A stretch of 64,000 nt of DNA from Balanoglossus misakiensis (taxonomy: Eukaryota; Animalia; Hemichordata), in NCBI GenBank assembly GCA_040954595.2, contig CM082577.2, positions 11,689,654 to 11,753,653 of the forward strand, read 5' to 3'. A model generated the notes under the pieces. The model did not search any database, was not told the origin of the DNA, and saw only the letters and a program-made list of their open reading frames with translations. Positions 53,001 to 64,000 of this stretch are shown piece by piece. Position 1 is the first letter of the stretch. Each line of letters opens with the position of its first letter. Both the position numbers and the translations under genes were made by a program.

Positions 53001-54170
53001 TGTGGAAATGTTTATGATGAATACAGTGAACATAGTCCCTTGTCATTTATCCTTCACCCAGCATTTTTTCACTGACCCATCAAAATTACAAACTACTTAT
53101 TCACCATCATGAAAAATGAGACATTTTACATTCTGATAGTTAGATATCCGTGTGTACGTGTGCCAGAAGTCGGTTTGCTATTTCTGACAGTGTTTTCCTT
53201 GAACTGGTTGGGTTAAAGGACAAAATTACACTTCTTATCAAATGTTGGATACACACCGTACTTGAATTCCGATACCATTGGTCAGTAAGCTGTACTTTGT
53301 GGAATTAAAACACAGAGATTTAAAGGCTTAAACTTGAGTTAGGGGATGACCTCAGCTAAATTCAAATCATTTGATATGAAATGATAAGATTAGTGTACCC
53401 TTAATCTCAGCTGCTCATTTGCATATCCCGTTCAGCTCATTTGCATATCCCATTCATCCTCCCGCTTTATCTGAGAAACCAGAAGGATGCATCTGTGTTT
53501 TAATTTCCTGGCAGAAAAACTTATCTCAGACTGCAGGGTGCAAGGCAGAAAGTCGTTTCATATCCTGTCAAGATAAAAATCAAGAAAATTCTCAGCCGAA
53601 ATTTACCTTTTTTTTTGAATTGGGGATGCTAACTTATTTTAAAGATATGAATGCTGACAGTTGGTGCCATTGATGTCTTTTGAGTTTTCTGCGACAATCT
53701 GGTCAGGTAATCTTGGTATACCACAATTCCTTTGTCATTTTTTTTGGCGTCGTGTCTGTCACATACTGTAGTGCGGAGCAGTCAATTCACAGTCTGTGCC
53801 GGCATGGGCTTCACTGCTGGCAGATATGGAGATTGAAAGATGAGTTGATAAAGCAGCTTCATATTGTATGTCCAGTTCGGCCCTGTGCTCAATGTTTGAC
53901 ATTTCAGCAAAAATGTGTGTTATTCTCTGATGTATAAAATGCTCTCAGTGGGGAAGCTCCCTATCAAGGCTTTGCCAGGCCTCTCCATATTTAGCAGTTG
54001 GGGTCTAGTCATGTGCTAGCCACTATCATTACATGTTTATTTTCTTCCAGAATAAGACTAGCAGCTCCTAACAAAATAGTCCAATCGGGCTCTCTCTCTA
54101 AACGCCAGTTTTGCTCTTGAATTTGACAAAGGAAGTGTGTGTCGTTCGCTCCCCGGTCAGGATCGCCAGA

Positions 54171-54176
54171 ATGTCG
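54171..54176 (+). CDS. Candidate alternative first exon, coding part MS
   Basis: gccagaATGTCG|gtgagt, a consensus donor in phase 0, in a locally CpG-enriched stretch. Confidence 0.3.
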
Positions 54177-56642
54177 GTGAGTTCTCCAGCATGTTGCTGC
54201 ATTTGTGTGTGTGTGTGTCTGGTGGACATGCAGCCATCAAGATTTACGAGCATGGGTTCAAATATTTGTCTACAGCATTGGGCGGCCATTTGTGGAAAGG
54301 TTACAGCCTGGCCTGATGGGCCCATGCAGGCCGCATGGCCAGCCCAGTGCCATATTCCAACCCTCCCTCATTAGTTTTTCATGCCACATTGCATCTTGCC
54401 CCCATTATGGCGGGGGAAATGATACAGAAACGATGGAACTGCGCGAGAGCGTGTACAATATAGTGGCCGTGAAAAATCCATTCATCACGGATGTGATTCC
54501 TGACTCTCTCGCCCTCATTTTAATACCACCATGTGCTGAGTGTGGATGACACAGGCCAGTTTCGCTCAACCCCATGCAATGCTATGTCATGACATTTCTT
54601 GATAAACATACACACACGCCAACACCAGCTCTGAAGCTGGGACTTCCTTATTTTCCAATTCTGACTTTCACTTATAATGTTTACAAAGCACTCAGTGTTT
54701 TTCCTGTGTTTTCTTCCATAAATTTCGGACAGTGGACATATTTTTTCATTCATTCAAGGGGATGTCCGCTCATAGTGAACATAAATGGACGAGGAGGCCT
54801 CTTTTTTCCCCAGTGAAACTATACCCAGTATTGCGATGACTGACACTTGTGTGTTGCGGCCATTGTTCGATACTGCTGGGATTTGGACGTGGAGACATGT
54901 AATGTCTCTCTGTTGCCATCAATCAAGAAGTGACTGGTTTAATTGACATCCAGGCACAGACATCAGTGTTTCTGTAGATCAACTATGTGTACATTCTCAT
55001 CAGAAATCTTTCCATCCCTCCCCCAATCCCTCGAACACTTTTGCACTATTGGTGACATACATGTATTGTGTCATATTTCAACAGTGCTTTATTCCACATC
55101 ATCATTGGTCTGGAGTGACAACGGGATTACGTCATTGGCATCGTTAAAAGATGCCTAGCCCAGACTTAGAGTTATGATCCCAGTAAAATTTAATCCACTG
55201 GAGCATCATGGGACAATGCTGCTTCAGGAACCCCTACTTAGTCAGTGTGTGTGAATAATGATTGAATAGGAATTTGACAAATATGACAAAGCTTAATTTT
55301 CATATTTCACAAAAGGCACGAATGATTAATGATGCTGGTGAAAGAAAGCAACATGGATCCTGAATGCAAACTCTACACACAGCTCACTCTCGAACAAATG
55401 CAGACAATGGAATGCGTAATTCTATCACTTTGTTCCAAGTTGTGAAGGATCGCCGAGTCCACAAAGTGTACTCCAAGATTATTTTCTGTTGCTTGGTATT
55501 TTGAGGTCAGGCATATACTGTATCATCTGGGACACGGCGCTGAATGCGGTGATGATGGTGGCGATGGTGTTGCTATATATATAATAGCTTTATTCTCCAT
55601 ATCATTAAATATTGGTTTGTGAACTTGTAGAGTGGGCAATTGCTGTTTAATTGTACTATTGAAGTTGATAACGACATTTTAAGGACATACTGTACTATAT
55701 TTTCTTTGTTCATTATAAAGCAAAGTCATTGACTTCTATATTCGTCTACTGCTGAGAATTTGTTTTTTAATTTAAAAAAAAACCCCACAGTGTTAGATCA
55801 TGCAAACGGTAAACACTGGTTGAATTGTACATACAGAGGAGATGTTCTTGTGTGGCATTTGGGTGAAAAAAGCACAAGTAATAATTATTTCTTGAAATGC
55901 ATGAAATATATTCTGCCTAGGGGAAGAAAAATGGCACTGTCACACAACTATGGAAATTGATAGCTTAATAATTTGGTTTGGGGTCAGATTCTTGGCTTGA
56001 AGTCTCTTCGCTGAAAGTGATGTCTCAGTTCCCTACGTGAACTTATGTGGAGTCGTTTATAAACCCGATCTCTGACCTCATTAAGCTGTCTCTGTTTTAA
56101 TCATCAGAGAGAGAGAAAATATATTTATAGCGTAGCAGCGCAGGATATTTTGTCACACAAAGGAGAGGGAGTGTGTGTGTGTCTGTGGCAGTTGAGCTCG
56201 GTCGCCTATGGTGAACTCATCTGATGCTAACTGACAGTCAAATTGGAAATTAGCGGAGTATTCGCGTCGTAGGGGCCACGGGAAAATTGAACTCATCCCC
56301 ACTGGCATTGGTCAACTGTGTATTGCCCCGGTGCATGTGCTGTTGCTATTTATGGACTGAGCTTGTTGCGGGGAAAGTGATCCATGCAGCCAGTGGGAAA
56401 CGGAGGAAGGAACGAACAAGTCTGATATCTCTCCCAGCGTGGCATCAGATCTCTCTCAGCTCTGGGGCCAAATTAACCACAGTGCATATCCCCACCTGCC
56501 ACAGTTTCTAAACTGACCCGCCATCGCCGGTCGAAAACTCCGAACTCCGAAAATCCACAGGACGGCACTGATCGTGAAGGGGCGTGCTTGAAAGCTGTTT
56601 TTATTTTTTGAAAGTTCACAACATCCTGCGTCATTCGCGAAG

Positions 56643-56687
56643 ATGACGTCTGAAAAGGAGTTGAAGACATCGCATTCACCTCTGAAC
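56643..56687 (+). CDS. Candidate alternative first exon (MTSEKELKTSHSPLN)
   Basis: aagATG, 15 open codons and donor AAC|gtgagt in phase 0, centred in a CpG-rich patch (56.2-57.3 kb). Confidence 0.5.
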
Positions 56688-59600
56688 GTGAGTAGAGTTT
56701 GATTATCACAAAGAGAAGTGGCTTTTGCCAGGTTTTGCGCAATGGTTTTGTTGTTGTTGTAAGTTGTACACTGTTCCCATTTCATGATTAGTGGAGACTG
56801 TGATGGCGGCTGTCAGATAGTTTACACATGGTTTATGTAGCTGGGAAGATTAGGTGGAAAGTTTATAGGAAGGGAAAACCGTCTGACCCTGATGATAAGA
56901 GTGAGCGAGCCAGTGTGTTCCCCTCGAAAAAACACCAAAGGCTACGTTTCCGCTCAGGAAGAAACATCTCGGATTGAGACCGCAGTCACAGTCAAATCCT
57001 CGGTGGGAAAAGTCGACCTACAGGGCCGTGTTTCTTTTAGTACTATAAACAGTTGAATATGTGACAGTGTGATACATTGAGATGTGCACGTGGCCAGGAA
57101 AGTGTTTCTAATTCTAGTGAAGATATGAAAGTGGCACGTCCGTTCTGTGTGTGTGCGCCACGCTGCGTGTCCATTTTCATGCCTTGACGCGACGTGAATG
57201 GATTTGGAACAGAAAAACCACATGCACATTCCGGACGAGTCAAAACTGAACTAACAAAATGTTTTTACGTGAACATGATAGGTGGAATCTAGAATATCGC
57301 ATATGGTAGAGTTTGTCACGGCTGAATGTGTTGTGAATGATCGCGGTCTTTGTCTTGCGTTTCAGTCAGACTGAAAGTGATAGTTATTTTTATGTTCGAA
57401 TTCTTGAAACATGATGAAATGTTCAGCATTTATCTTTTCTACATAACATGTATGAGTATAGTCAGTATTGTTATTGTGAATAATTTAAATTCAAGTCCGG
57501 ACTAGAATTCATTTGTCAACAATAACAATGGTCGTTACACACATACAGGGTATGTTGACAAGTGAAGTACTGGGTATATTACTATTAGCATGCTGTTTGG
57601 AGTAGAACTAGAAATTGCATGGAGTTTATGGATCTTGAACTTCTGTTAAATTTCATCCGGACTTTGGGCGTTCATTCTGTAGTTTGGTGTCTCAAAATCC
57701 CCATTCTTCATCCGCAGCCGCAAGCGCTGTTTCAACTCACTCCCGCTTTAATGTTTTTCACCCGACGCATTCCTCTGCAGTCACGTGATCTCTCATTGGT
57801 TCTTCCTAACACCAGCCAGTCACATGGTTTTATATCCCAGTATCATATTACAGTCAGTTTCAAACAAAGGACTTGCCAAAAATACGTGCAGAAATTCACA
57901 GAATATGATAACTATAGCCATCGGGACATCGACCGGCAGCCCTAATCGCAGAGAATTACACTCCTTGTGACAGAAAACTACTGACAGACTTTCATCTTCT
58001 CAACCGATTCATTAGCTTGAAATTCCATCACGACAACCGACAACATTTCACAGTGGATGAAAATACCACAGTGAATTGCACTACATTTCTCCGTAGCCGG
58101 TGCATCGGCAGTAATTTGCAAGTGTTTGCCATAATTTTCCAGAAATTGTAACCCCAGGTCAGACAGACATGAAAATATGTCTATAAAAGTTAAACAGCTG
58201 TTGTTATATTTTTTCCGTCGGTGTCGAACTCCCTGACAGATGTCGGCAGTTTAAAATTCAAATTACATTTCAGGTTTTGAAAAATGTACTGTCATTGGCA
58301 TGGAGGTGAAAATTTTATAAAAATGAAGCCAAACTTAAAAAGAAAATGTCTTTCAAGTCAAACTGTGTGTTTTATAACTTATTGTAAGGTAAATTTTGCA
58401 CCATATGGAGAGTACATAGTCTGGAAATTGCTGATAATGACACATGTAGGAGTGGTAATTACAGTTTGTAATCTCTGGGGAATAATCAGCACACATACAT
58501 TCACACTTGTTCATTTTGTTGGACCGTAGGGAGTCCATTTATTTAACTGGGCCACTGAGAACAACACTCGCCAGTATTTGTTACCTGTAATTGGGTCTTG
58601 ATGCTGAGGGTATTCTGAAATAAATATAAAAAAAAATTGTATCCCTATACAATATAGGTTGAACAAATTTGGTTGTAGGAAATGTTATTTTGCATAAGAT
58701 AAAGTCCCAATGATGTTATCATGGCAAACAACTACAAAGTTGGCTGAAACTACAAATTATCAAAATTTTCACACCCCCCCCCCTCAGCCAACTACAAAAT
58801 ATCAACATCCCCCCCCCCCCAACCCCGCACACACATTTTCTTGCCAAACAAACCCTGATGGTATACATTCACAATGAAATTCTACATAGAAAGACTAACA
58901 ATATTGCATTTAATATGACGCATGGTGTAGTACCCAGCTCCAAGAGCAATATGGTACCCAGAGCAGTCGTTTTCTCACTGAATTGGCTGAAGGCAATACA
59001 TAGCTTCAATTATTTCACCCATCATGTATGGGGCATGACTGCACATTATTATTGCCTGGTTTGAAATCATGATGGATTATATGCCTGCTGATGGCAGTGA
59101 ATTACAATTCCAGATTCTAGCTGCACGGAGGGTTGAACCACCATGAGCGTTCCAACATAAACTTGATCAGCATATTTACTGTATATTACCGGGGTGAAAT
59201 TGCCTTATCTGGTTTCCAGATAAACTTATTGTTGTAACTTAATAAATAGGCAAACCTGATTAATCCGAAGATTTATTTTCTAAATAAATGAATAAATAAA
59301 CATTACATGCTAGGACTACATGTAGCCAGTGGTGTGTTGAAGGTTACTGTTGTTGTGAACCTTTCCTGAAAATTTGAAATGTAAATGGTCCGTTATTATC
59401 CTTGTTAGAACTCTTCCCTGCTTCTCAGTGTTTTTGTAAACACTTGTTTACATGGACACTTGTTTTGGTGTAAACAAGTCGTCAGAGCCTGAACCCCTGT
59501 TCCTTGAAGACAAGAACAGGCTTTCTTATCTCCACGCAGTCAAGTGCAACTTTGCAATTTTAAGATTTAAATTGCCATGACCTTGATCTCGTACTCAGAC

Positions 59601-62600
59601 TGGCGGAAAATTCTTAATAGATTCTTTTGGAGATTATGTTGATCCCTGGAGATTATCCCTTATTGAAGTGATGGGGATTGTGGTTTGGGAAGGAGCAACT
59701 GCTCTTTGCAGATGTTCTTGTCTGTCATATTTGAGTGAGTTGAGTATTTGGAGAAACCATTTATTAAAAGGGAATAGCAGTTAGGCACACCTGCGACTTG
59801 ATGTAAGTACACAAATGCTGAAATTGTCTTTGGGGACAAAGAAGCCCTGCATCTCTGGAGGAAATTGTTATTTATATGTCTTGAACATCTGTGTCTTGAA
59901 CGTGGCTAGTGGAATTTGTTTGGAGGTAGGGAGTGGGAGGGAGGGAGGGGAATGTTGTACTTTGTGTGTTTGGAATAAGCCCTGACAGCAAGATATACCG
60001 GAAAATCCTGTGTCATTGTTTGAAGTGTTTCTGTTATTTGCCTGTGAAGTCATGAACAGTTTCACGTATTAGACTCAGTCCTGTCCTTTCTCATAACACA
60101 TATAAATACATCCGAGATCATAATTATAATAATCTGTTGACTCATATACATATAGGCTTGCATGTGCCTAAAGTTACATGCATTTCGTCAACACCAGTTC
60201 AGTAGCACCCAAAAATACTCATCATGATTGACACATTCTTTGAAAAGGCCCAAGGTAATTTTAGCAGCAGTAATTGTAATAATACTTTTCTGAACGTGAT
60301 GGGAAACCGTCTCATTACACACTCAATCATGGGGGAAGGCTTCAAGTTACTCCACATATAAATTTTCAAAATAGCACTGTGAAAATACTGACAGGTCAGA
60401 CATCTCTGTTTCGACTCTCCGCTACCTTTGACCTCCTGTTATTTTGAGTGGTTCCCCAGTAAACCAATCCCCAGCCTGCGGTGGTAATTATATCTGCCGT
60501 TTTGTCATCAAAATACTTCAGTCTGTGTCAGCGCCACGAAATGCCGTAATATCACGTATTGCCAGTATATCATCGCTAACCGCCGTCAGTTGTCTAATTT
60601 CCTCATGTAATGTGATTCGCTATCAAAATTCTTCGGCCATCATGTGGGATTTGCGTGTGAGAGCTGTCAGTCAGATATCTGCCACAGAGGGCGCTATTGA
60701 TCAACCAAACATCTGAATTGAACAGGCTTGCTAATTACCTGTACATGTATACATAAATAAGGCATAGGGCAGTGGTATAGTGCCAAACATTATAAGAAGT
60801 AGTGATTTACCATGCTCTCATATTTGGGGCACAGCTCAAATTTTTCTCTATTTTAATACAAAATTATAATAAAATTATAAACAACAAAAATAGTACAGTC
60901 CAAAGTGTACAACAAATAGATATCTTGTTGTAAAACGGAAAGTTGCATTTTGCAATAAGCATCATGAATTTTTTTTAGAAAAAAACCCTCAAAGACTCAA
61001 AATCCAAACAGAAAATAGCAAAGTTCTTATTGTGTTTATTTTAAACATACAATTATAAGTGAATTGTAAAGAAATCCATTTTCTACTCACTAGAACGGCT
61101 CTCAGGTGGTATTTAAAAATTGTCAAATTATGAATGAGATTTCAAGATGGCTGCCCGTTGACAAGGTCTACACTTTGACAGGTAGAATAGCCAGCCGCCT
61201 GCTGGCGACCGTGATTTGAGAAGAAAACTTGACTGTAGCAGGGACTGTTGACTCGCAAGTTGTAGTGCACGCATGCACACACGGTGCGATGATTACACGG
61301 GTCAAAACACTTATCACAACCTTGACTCTGGCGCTCAGTAAATTATTCATTCAATGATTAAAATTTCCGGAGTTTCTTAAATTGAATTAGAGTGTTTTGC
61401 TGCATTGTATCGAACAGGGCACGTGGTGTGGAGTGAGTGTTTCAGGCAGCCGTACTTTGTAAAGATATGAATGATGGCATGCAAACAAATCAATGTTAAA
61501 CCTTTTAGTTTTACTACATGTACATCGACTTGCTCTTTTTTGAGCACAATGTGGTTGAGATATATAAATATGTACCTGTCTTTTTGTGCTTTAGCTCGGT
61601 GGTAATGGGGAAGGTCATTCACTGACCTCCCATGTGGCACACAAATTGAATTTCCTCACAGTAGAATCAAAAAAGGAAGAAAAAAAATCGGTATCTTAGG
61701 TTAAGTGTCTGGCTTGTGTATAGCTCTGGGATTGAGAATGTATTCCTGCCAACAAAATGCTGCGTGGAGTGTTATCATCACGGCAGTTAAGAGTTCAGTT
61801 TTTTCTCTCAACAATGAACTGGTCATGAATCAGTGAATTAAGTGATTTTAAAATTATAGATTTTCGGGGAGTTTCCTTGATCATTCAAACGTGCGGGTAG
61901 ATCAGTGATAGGTCCAAACTACGATATACAAACTCATTACAATCAGAGCTCTATTCAGGCTCTGTAACATCAATTTCGCCCAAAAATTAAAAATTCAATC
62001 AGAAATGCATCATTTGGTCCTTTATGTGCAGTTGAAAGGCATCGATCAGCGGCCTTCTCATGCTCAAATCACCAGAAGAAAGACCTCCATTTCTACTCCA
62101 GAAGGTTAGCTGTGTAGTCATGGCAACCATTGGGGCCGACATCCTGTACATTAATAATAGCGTGATATTTTTTTCCAGTGGAATTGAAAAGAGGTCGGGA
62201 GTACCAGGGAATCCAGCTGAGAGATAATAGACACCTTGCTTTTTAAGTAAATGTTATGTAGGTTGCGAGTGGCCAGAGAGGGAGCAACCATTGCAAGTAC
62301 AGAAGGAAATGTCGATTCTGTAAACAGAGGTAGGGAGCAGTAGATGGTTTTACCTGTGATTGACAGGAGAGGGACTTTGCTCATTTTGGATTACGTCGCA
62401 ATCTGTTAGCAAGCTGGGGAGGGACCGGCACACCTAAGTCAGTGTCGGTGAACAGCATGTCTCTCTCTCAGTGGTAATAATTGGCCGACCGACCAAATTG
62501 GAGTAGTTATGCTATTACTTGGCTAATCAATTTTGCCTTTGTGGGATACAGACAAGCTTTGCCAATCCAGACTTGATTTGGCGCTTTTGTTGCCGGTTAA

Positions 62601-62812
62601 ACAGAGAGGTGACAGGCAGGGAAACGCTGGCCGCACTCGCCCGGTGCTGTGATTTTGAACTCAATCAGCTAAAGGTGTTATCCCATTTACTGTTGGACAC
62701 TTTTTCACAATTGGCGTGTGTCGCGCCGCGCTCTTGTGTTTGCGTGGGGGTGCGCTAACGGCTGACCGATCAACCGACCGACGGTGTGTTACTAGAAGTT
62801 AATCTAGAGCAG

Positions 62813-62965
62813 ATGTTTTCCAAGAAGAATCTGAAACTGCTGAAAGCTGTGATGTGCGGCAAGAATGGGCAGCAGAGCGCTTCTCTGAATTTGCCGATGT
62901 TGTCCTCCATGGCCGTCTATCCCGACTCGCTTGTGCAAATGATTGTCTGGAAAAATATGATGAAG
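62813..62965 (+). CDS. Probable coding exon or alternative first exon (MFSKKNLKLLKAVMCGK...IVWKNMMK)
   Basis: 153 nt open from ATG to donor AAG|gtaaag (phase 0), preceded by CpG-rich promoter-like DNA and followed by an abrupt switch to T-rich intron-like DNA. A second reading frame is also open across it. Confidence 0.55.
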
Positions 62966-64000
62966 GTAAAGAAAATCTCTTTCAGCGTTTTTTTTCTTCT
63001 AACCATGTTTTTTTTTTGTGGGAAAGAGTTTCTCGGAGGGAGATTGTTGATATTTTTTCTCAGTTATACTCGTGTGTTGTTCTGCCATTTTTGCGTTGCC
63101 TGTTTCTCAAATATTTTGACCGCACTGTACATGTATATGTCTACTGTGAGAGGGTATTTTTTTCTGAAGAATTTTTTTTTTCATTTTGGATTGTAATTGT
63201 CATTCGATACATTGTATACATGTACCCTTTGGTATTGGTATCATATATATTTCATGTAACGTTACACCATTGGATTTATTACATACATGTAGTGTTGTCG
63301 CTGATGAACTTTGATATACAAAAATTTTATTGTTCCCAGTTGGTGTATATTTTTGTCTGGACATTGCTGTTGATTTGGACGAGGGATGCAAAATATTTAC
63401 AACCAGAAGTGATTTTGGGATTCATCAATAAGTCTGGATGGTTGAGTAGGGACATGCCAGTTCAGCATTCTCTCTGAAAAAATAAATTGATTTTCAGAAA
63501 ACGAAAAAAATCAATCTTGATCATATGAGGAAAATTATATAAAAGTTGCTTAATGGTGTGCATTGGAAAGTTAATTTAATTTGCGCATAACCTGAATTTC
63601 AGGTCAGAGTATCGAGATAATGAATTATATTGCGTAAAGGGATAATCTCAGGCCTGTATGGGAGACGGACAAACTATCAAGTGAAAATTCATTTACCTGT
63701 AACCACATTTCAAGAGATTGTAGTTTTATTTTCGCTATAAAAAATTCATCTCTGTACGACTCTTGATTAATGGCAACTTTGGACAATTTCTGTGTGTTAC
63801 AGTTCTGTGATTGATGATTCATGAGTTTCATTGGTCTGTGAGTAATCTAGAAATTGAAATTGGTTATGAATAAATCTTCTCTGACCGACATTTTACTTGA
63901 AAGAATCAATTGAAACTATAATAAATACATGTGAGTATTTCCGTATTTTCCAAAACAAGACCTCACAGAATCAGTTATCGCTAAACACCCGTCAATGATG

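Noticed and set aside
23795-62965. Assigning a gene name to the multi-first-exon gene
   Set aside because: Only low-information N-terminal peptides are in the window, so any symbol would be a guess.
62966-63477. Hydrophobic 'membrane protein' tails of the 136-aa and 207-aa ORFs
   Set aside because: They are T-rich intron translated past the donor at 62965.

Overview
AT-rich, intron-containing animal genomic DNA, probably from a marine invertebrate judging by its repeat content; it is not prokaryotic, and almost all ORF-track entries are noise. (1) 3.5-20.1 kb holds three intact 7-exon paralogues of mitochondrial enoyl-CoA delta isomerase 1 (ECI1): two tandem + strand copies (about 94% aa identical) and one more divergent, convergent - strand copy. 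All exons were reconstructed by hand with GT-AG boundaries and consistent phases. (2) 0.47-2.3 kb is a hierarchical tandem array whose units look like exon+intron modules built from 27/28-nt monomers. (3) 23.8-64 kb looks like the 5' part of one large unidentified + strand gene, with up to five ATG-initiated candidate first exons that all end in phase 0; no shared downstream exon is visible in the window. (4) There are many short non-autonomous DNA transposons: TTAA-flanked, TA-flanked, one with a 5-bp TSD, and a family of TAG...CTA hairpins with about 9-bp TSDs. No CRISPR, rRNA or tRNA is supported. I cannot demonstrate a wholly new system; the best leads are the exon/intron tandem array, the variable first-exon array and the diverging ECI1 cluster.
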